A stretch of DNA of 64,000 nucleotides, from positions 50,292 through 114,291 of IMG/VR virus record IMGVR_UViG_3300022937_000008. One strand, given 5' to 3'. Positions 58,832-64,000 of the stretch are shown in pieces. The position numbers were made by a program, and so were the translations under genes. The number at the start of each line of letters is the position of its first letter. Within the stretch, counting starts at the first letter, position 1. This stretch comes from a virus. The notes beneath the pieces were generated by a model, which saw only the letters and a program-made list of their open reading frames with translations, was not told the DNA's origin and ran no database searches.

Positions 58832-58869
58832 TAAATACTCATAGCAATTGCTTTTATAATTATTATTTA
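58832..58869. promoter_or_regulatory. Face-to-face late promoters (+ 58832-58837; - 58864-58869)
   Basis: Two TAAATA motifs pointing at each other around the palindrome AGCAATTGCT (58843-58852). Confidence 0.55.
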
Positions 58870-58881
58870 TCGGAGATAAAA

Positions 58882-59787
58882 ATGGAAGAAAATTTGGAAC
58901 TACCAAAGGTTGAAATAGCTGGAAACACACAGCCTATGGCAAATACTCAGCCTAAAGCTAGTCCGCTTTCCAATTATTATAGACAGCCTAAGATTTATGT
59001 TTCATTGCCTAGCAACGGTGAATTCTATCCAGAAGGTAGTCTTGATAAAAGTGAAGATGGAAAATATGCTGTGTATTCAATGACAGCAAAAGACGAATTA
59101 ATGCTAAAGACGCCAGACGCATTAATGAATGGACAATCAACTGTTGATGTTATTCAAAGTTGTATTCCTGCAATTAAAAATGCATGGAATTTACCATCAC
59201 TCGATCTTGATGCTTGTCTTGTTGCTATTAGAGTAGCAACATATGGCGAAAAGATGGATATTGATACTAATTGTCCAAAATGTAACGAAGAACTACGTTT
59301 TGAAAAAGATCTAGCAGACTGGTTAGGAACAGTAGCCAACTATCGCTATCCAACAGTTATTCAACACGGTGAATTGGTTTTTCATATTGAACCACTGAGT
59401 TACAGACAAGTAACAAAAGCGGGACTAATGAAAATAGAACAAGAAAAGATCTGGAATATTGTAAACAGTACAGAACTTACTGATGAAGAAAAGTTAGATC
59501 AATTCGGAGTATCGTTTACAAAGTTAACAAAATTTACAGTAGATGGTATTGTAAAATTGGTTAGAAAAATTGATACACCACATGGATCTGAAGAGAATAG
59601 AGATGAAATTGAAAAATTTATTACTCAAGGTCCAAAAGAAATGTTTGATGCACTTAATGAAAAATTAACTTCGGTGAAAGATGATCTTGCACTGACGTTA
59701 AAAGGCGCAAAGTGTTCAAATTGTGAAAACGTATTTGACGTTGGTATCACAATGGATCAAGCGGATTTTTTCGTCGCAAGATCTTAA
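58882..59787 (+). CDS. gp26: Baseplate hub assembly/tail chaperone protein (gp26-like)
   Basis: LPS.G.FY, MTAKDE..L, L.AIR.ATYG, CPKC and CSNC, C-terminal DFF. Confidence 0.75.
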   Translation: MEENLELPKVEIAGNTQPMANTQPKASPLSNYYRQPKIYVSLPSNGEFYPEGSLDKSEDGKYAVYSMTAKDELMLKTPDALMNGQSTVDVIQSCIPAIKNAWNLPSLDLDACLVAIRVATYGEKMDIDTNCPKCNEELRFEKDLADWLGTVANYRYPTVIQHGELVFHIEPLSYRQVTKAGLMKIEQEKIWNIVNSTELTDEEKLDQFGVSFTKLTKFTVDGIVKLVRKIDTPHGSEENRDEIEKFITQGPKEMFDALNEKLTSVKDDLALTLKGAKCSNCENVFDVGITMDQADFFVARS

Positions 59788-59811
59788 CCAAACCTTTGCC
59801 GGAGATCTTGC
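59766..59811 (+). other. Predicted -1 ribosomal frameshift signal
   Basis: In-frame slippery heptamer T TTT TTC (59766-59772) followed by inverted repeat GCAAGATCT...AGATCTTGC; the -1 frame is open into ORF 59796-59999. Confidence 0.7.
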
Positions 59812-59999
59812 AAGAAGTCAAGAAGATAGACAAACAGGCAAGGGACATGAAAAAAGACCTACTTCGTATCTGTTGGTACATGAGAGGTATGTCTTATACT
59901 GATGCTGTGATGTTGGGTCACGAAGAACGTGAACTTATCGGTGAGTTAATTAAAGATAATCTTGAAACAACTAAAAGAACCGGGCTGCCTTTCTTCTAG
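59772..59999 (+). CDS. Small hub/chaperone ORF (gp51-like position), probably translated as a frameshift extension of the gp26-like protein
   Basis: Track start is a TTG with no SD; reading frame stays open back to the slippery site; WYMRG...ERE.I...IKDNLE. Confidence 0.65.
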   Translation, partial: RRKILTKPLPEILQEVKKIDKQARDMKKDLLRICWYMRGMSYTDAVMLGHEERELIGELIKDNLETTKRTGLPFF

Positions 60000-62755
60000 G
60001 CAGCTAACAATTTCTTAGCACTTTCAATTCCTTCAGGTCCTAGTTTTTTAATTTGATCAGCAATCTTTTGTAAATCTACAGCGCCAACAGCAGCACCTGC
60101 GGCAGCGGTTGCTGCATTCGATCCACCTTGCTGTGCATTATCTGGTGCGCCTACTGGATTACCTGTTGCGGCTATATTTTTTTCTGCTGATTGATCTGGG
60201 CTTCCTGATCGTGTACTAGGAACAGGTTTGCCGTCAGGTGTAGTCATGTTTGCTACCTGAGCAGGGAAATTACCACCTGGTCCATCTGGATCAACTTCTA
60301 CATATTTGTCAGCATCGTATTTTCCAATACTGCCTGATGTAGTTGTTGCAGGAATTTCTTTTCCTTTTCGTGTTTTAACAACAACTTTAGTTCCTGGTTT
60401 AACTGCTGGGTTTGGATTTCCTTCTGCACCTGCTGTTGCTTTTTCAGGATCAGCAACATTGTCATCTTGATTAGCTGCTGCATCTGTTCCGGTTGCTGTG
60501 TTATCCTGTGCAGGTTCATCTGCACCTGGTACTGCGGCATCGCCGCCTGCATCACCTGCGGTAGCATCTGTTGGAGCACCTGCTGTGGTATCTGTTTTTT
60601 CAGCATCTGAGTCAGCGTCAGCATCTGGTGCGTCTACTTTAGGTGGTTCAATTTTCATTGAGTCGTATGTGCCTTTGATAACATCGTCATTAACACCTAG
60701 ACTTTTAATTACATCATAAACTTCATCTGAATCTGTAGGCGATCCTGCTTTTTTCCAAGCAGACAATAGTTTTTCTGCTGTTACTTTATTTGTAAGTTGC
60801 TTGCCTGCACCTTTCAACGCACCGCCTACTGCTGCTGCACCTTTGGCTACTCCTCTGCCTAAACCCTGTAATGCACCTTTAACTCCGCCTGTGAGTTCGT
60901 CTAGTTGTTGATGTCTTACAGCATCAAATACACTTTCATACATTAATTTGTTTTCAAGCATATGATCATTTACTGTTGCAATCTTGTTGAACAACAAGTA
61001 GACCTGTCCTTCAGAAAGTTTACGTCCTGTGTAAACACGGCTTGCCATTTGAGGTTCACCTGCTTTTGCAGGTGCTTCTCCAGCACCAACGACCTTTTTA
61101 TCTTGCATTGCTGCACTCATCGCAACTGCTGTTGCTGCTGCACCGATTGATTTAGCAAGGTCCTGTTTGAATGTATCAACTACTACACTAATGCCCGCTT
61201 TGGAATCAGCAGATACTCCAGTATATTCATTCATAAACTGAAATAATTTTTCAGTGTCTTCGTCTGATAAGTTTGCTTTATCGATGGCATCCCATACTGG
61301 ATGAGTTGGTTGAGTAGTGACTTCTTGTACTGCAAATACTGGATCACCATTAGCATCAACACCTTCAACTGTAACTGAACTTGTAAACGAAATTGGCGGT
61401 TCAATGCCTCCTACGCTTGTGCTAACTGTTGATTTAAATTGATCGCCTACTTTTATTTCTGCACCATCTGGTAGTGTTGTTGTTCCTAGTTCAGGAGCGT
61501 CACCTGTCCAGGCCGAAGCACTTGAAGTATTTGCTGAAATGTTTTGCCCCATAAATTGTGCATCAGCCATTCCTTTTTCCATCTGGAACATCTTTTGCAA
61601 CTGGTCAGAATCAATACCTTTTGATTCTGCCCACTCTTTTACTTCTGGGGAAATATCTGGTTCTGTGTCAAAGTTAATGCCTGCTTTTTTAAGTTGATCT
61701 GCACTTACAGGTTCTGCTTTAACCGTTTCAACCGTTGAAGCATCTGTAGCACCACCGTCGGGCGTGCCTGCATCTTGATCACCGTAATCACCATCATCGC
61801 CTGGTAATTCTGTTTTGTCAACTCCAACGTCAGTTGTAGTTGTTGTGTCTCTTGCTAGATCCGAACCTTCAAGGCCAGCGTGATCTGCTAGTGCATCTCT
61901 ACCGCCTAGATCATTAATTTTTGCACTTATTTCTTCAAATTCTGCTTGGAATACTTCTAGTTCTTCACCTGAAACATTTTTAAGTGCTGTTTCTAGTGCA
62001 TTCTGTGTTTTAAGTAGATCTTCTGCTGCTTCAGGTGCAAGGTTTTCAATGCTCGTGGCTTTCATTCCTTCCAACGCACCTACATCAATTGACTGTCCGT
62101 CACTGGCAATAAGTGTTTGTGCAACATCTGGATCAACTAGATCACCAATCAGTTCAATACCACCACCAGCAAGAGCACCAACTGCACCTGTTGTTGCTGA
62201 CTTACCAATTGCTGTAGAAAGGTCCTTGCCTTGTAGAATATCTTTTGTAGCACGACCAAGGAAACCACCTACTAAACCGCCTAGTGGTCCTGCTGCTAGT
62301 GCGGCCGCTGCTGTTAGAATTGCAACCGCAACACTTGCTTTGCCTGGATTTGCTTTTGCCCAGTCGCTGACTACTTTTACGGCACTTACTACTTTTGAAT
62401 CCTTTTCGCCAATTTTTGCTTTTAATTCTTTAAACTTGGCATCCATATTTTGAACTGGACCTGCACTCTTAATTGCAGCACCTAGTTTGTCAATTTCTGC
62501 TTTAATTGCACCTGCTGTATTCTTAACAGCATCTGTGCCTTTACCTATTGCTGTTCTATTTCCGCCTGCGGCAGTTGCACCTTGTTCAACACTAGTAAAT
62601 ACCTGTTTGATTTGATCTGGAGATAGCATTGCTTCTAGAACAATACGTTCAACGTTGCTTACAAAAGGATCAATTACCTTTTGTTCTAGCAATAGCATAT
62701 CAGGATCATTCCATCCTTCTGTAATATATCTTTTTTGTATCTGTGATAATCTCAT
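59996..62755 (-). CDS. Large low-complexity protein, putative internal head/ejection protein
   Basis: N-terminal ...YITE; repeated (L/I)xE sites; hydrophobic Gly-zipper segment; A/D/P-rich linkers. Confidence 0.6.
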   Translation of the reverse strand: MRLSQIQKRYITEGWNDPDMLLLEQKVIDPFVSNVERIVLEAMLSPDQIKQVFTSVEQGATAAGGNRTAIGKGTDAVKNTAGAIKAEIDKLGAAIKSAGPVQNMDAKFKELKAKIGEKDSKVVSAVKVVSDWAKANPGKASVAVAILTAAAALAAGPLGGLVGGFLGRATKDILQGKDLSTAIGKSATTGAVGALAGGGIELIGDLVDPDVAQTLIASDGQSIDVGALEGMKATSIENLAPEAAEDLLKTQNALETALKNVSGEELEVFQAEFEEISAKINDLGGRDALADHAGLEGSDLARDTTTTTDVGVDKTELPGDDGDYGDQDAGTPDGGATDASTVETVKAEPVSADQLKKAGINFDTEPDISPEVKEWAESKGIDSDQLQKMFQMEKGMADAQFMGQNISANTSSASAWTGDAPELGTTTLPDGAEIKVGDQFKSTVSTSVGGIEPPISFTSSVTVEGVDANGDPVFAVQEVTTQPTHPVWDAIDKANLSDEDTEKLFQFMNEYTGVSADSKAGISVVVDTFKQDLAKSIGAAATAVAMSAAMQDKKVVGAGEAPAKAGEPQMASRVYTGRKLSEGQVYLLFNKIATVNDHMLENKLMYESVFDAVRHQQLDELTGGVKGALQGLGRGVAKGAAAVGGALKGAGKQLTNKVTAEKLLSAWKKAGSPTDSDEVYDVIKSLGVNDDVIKGTYDSMKIEPPKVDAPDADADSDAEKTDTTAGAPTDATAGDAGGDAAVPGADEPAQDNTATGTDAAANQDDNVADPEKATAGAEGNPNPAVKPGTKVVVKTRKGKEIPATTTSGSIGKYDADKYVEVDPDGPGGNFPAQVANMTTPDGKPVPSTRSGSPDQSAEKNIAATGNPVGAPDNAQQGGSNAATAAAGAAVGAVDLQKIADQIKKLGPEGIESAKKLLAA
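60121..60148. repeat. 28-nt exact direct repeat, copy 1 (copy 2 at 62897-62924)
   Basis: ATCCACCTTGCTGTGCATTATCTGGTGC, encoding APDNAQQGG in both genes. Confidence 0.9.
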
Positions 62756-62756
62756 G

Positions 62757-63692
62757 TTATAGCATCTTCAATAGTTGTTGTTTGTCTCTACCTGGCAGTG
62801 CTTCAAGTTGTTTTCTAAGTTCTGGTGGTAATGCTGCACCTGGTTCAGCAAATGCTCTACCTACTGCTGAGCCTGCTGCCTGAGCTGCACCTTTGAATCC
62901 ACCTTGCTGTGCATTATCTGGTGCAACACCTGTGCCGTCATCAGTGCCACCACCTTCATCACGTTCAATGCCCTGTTGAACTGCTGCCATAAAAATTCTA
63001 TCTAGTTGTCCGCCGGACAGTACTGCGTTGGCATCTTCAAAAATCCAAGTTGCTTCACTCCAATCAATTGATTGATTTACCACTTGTTTGTTTGCTGGTT
63101 GTGCTACTTTTTTATTTTTAGCACCTTTGATAGCAATGTTTGAATTATCTGTTGCAGTATTCTGCGCATCAGGTTGAGGTTTTTGCTGTGCTTGTGCATT
63201 ACCTTGCGCATTTGGATCTGCTGCGGGTTGCTGTTGTGCTTTTGCCGCTGCTACACCTGCTTGAGCTCCTGCTACAGCACCTTTTGCAACATTGCTAACA
63301 CCTTTTGCCACAGCACCTACGCCCTTAGCAACACCTTTGCCAACTGCGGCAACGCCTTTTGCCGCGCCAGCGGCTGCGGTTCCGACCGCGGCGCCCATTT
63401 TTTGACCGGTAGTAACCTTGGTCATTTCTTGTTCTGCTGCGCCTGTGGGATATCTTTCTTGTTTTAGGAAATTTATAACTACTTGTGGAGTAGGCTCTTT
63501 GCCAATTTTACCGAGATATGTGTCAAACTTCTTCTTAAGCCAGTTGGCTTCTGCACCAGCATCAAGTTTTCCCTGTGCTTTTCTACCTGTAGCACCCGGA
63601 ACAAATGTTTTCATCTTAGTTCCTAGACGTGATAGCATTCCTGAAGGTGCTTCGTCTAGATTATGATTTGAAGATATCTCATTAAAACGCAT
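62757..63692 (-). CDS. Ala/Gln-rich protein, putative internal head protein
   Basis: Start ATG 63692 (MRFNEISSNHNLDEA); AKGV repeats; late promoter at 63720-63725. Confidence 0.65.
   Translation of the reverse strand: MRFNEISSNHNLDEAPSGMLSRLGTKMKTFVPGATGRKAQGKLDAGAEANWLKKKFDTYLGKIGKEPTPQVVINFLKQERYPTGAAEQEMTKVTTGQKMGAAVGTAAAGAAKGVAAVGKGVAKGVGAVAKGVSNVAKGAVAGAQAGVAAAKAQQQPAADPNAQGNAQAQQKPQPDAQNTATDNSNIAIKGAKNKKVAQPANKQVVNQSIDWSEATWIFEDANAVLSGGQLDRIFMAAVQQGIERDEGGGTDDGTGVAPDNAQQGGFKGAAQAAGSAVGRAFAEPGAALPPELRKQLEALPGRDKQQLLKML
62897..62924. repeat. 28-nt exact direct repeat, copy 2
   Basis: Identical to 60121-60148. Confidence 0.9.
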
Positions 63693-63743
63693 TTTCAATC
63701 CTATTAATTTTTATAATGTTATTTATTTTCGTTTACTCGGAAT

Positions 63744-64000
63744 AAGTGATCTAACGATCACTTGCGTTTTCGCTAACGCTCAACGCCTTTTTCCATCTAA
63801 CAATTGCGAAGCAATTTTAGCATCATCTAGATTGTATGGTCACAATTAGCCCGTTGCCGGGCCAAAGTGTGAATTTTGAACATCATCTGAGTTCGCACAG
63901 TCACAATAGCATTAGAACTACAAGATTGTATAATTTACAATATTTTACACAAAATTCTAATATATTTTGTATATTGTACAACCTAGCGCAGGCGGTTATC
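63744..64000. other. Non-coding structured element (origin-like or ncRNA), truncated by window end
   Basis: Four adjacent hairpins, two imperfect direct repeats 60 nt apart, then an AT-rich stretch; no ORF in the track. Confidence 0.6.

Noticed and set aside
63813-63911. Direct repeats as a mini-CRISPR, hammerhead ribozyme or box C/D motif
   Set aside because: Only two degenerate copies; no CUGAUGA/GAAA core; C/D pairing does not close properly
1-64000. tRNAs, rRNA, CRISPR arrays, integrase/transposase, introns/inteins, alternative genetic code
   Set aside because: None recognised by eye; core genes are uninterrupted under the standard code. tRNAscan and Infernal were not run.

Overview
This window is part of a large T4-like myovirus genome (host not identifiable from sequence). 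It holds most of the late virion module: partial tail sheath gp18, neck gp13/gp14, tail terminator gp15, many baseplate/fibre-type proteins including two giant paralogues (2515 and 1866 aa), major capsid gp23, scaffold gp22, protease gp21, portal gp20, a tape-measure-like protein, a gp26-like hub chaperone and probable internal head proteins. Inserted among the fibre genes is a ~15 kb convergent enzyme island (11574-26398). It has four flavin-dependent halogenase-family genes and 12 2OG-Fe(II)/JmjC oxygenase-family genes under late-type TAAATA promoters. On one side lie three paralogous Gly-rich, His-studded fibre/adhesin genes; on the other lie an S8 protease and a fibre-type protein with a blue-copper domain. 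The best candidate novel system is this island acting as a late post-translational tailoring machinery for virion proteins (inference, untested). Other signals: a -1 programmed frameshift (T TTT TTC plus hairpin) joining the gp26-like ORF to the next ORF beside the tape-measure gene; six genes starting exactly 5 nt after a late promoter (probably leaderless); two structured late 5' UTRs; phycobiliprotein-like Cys motifs in the giant fibre; and a hairpin/direct-repeat element at the right end. All family assignments come from motif recognition by eye; no searches were run.
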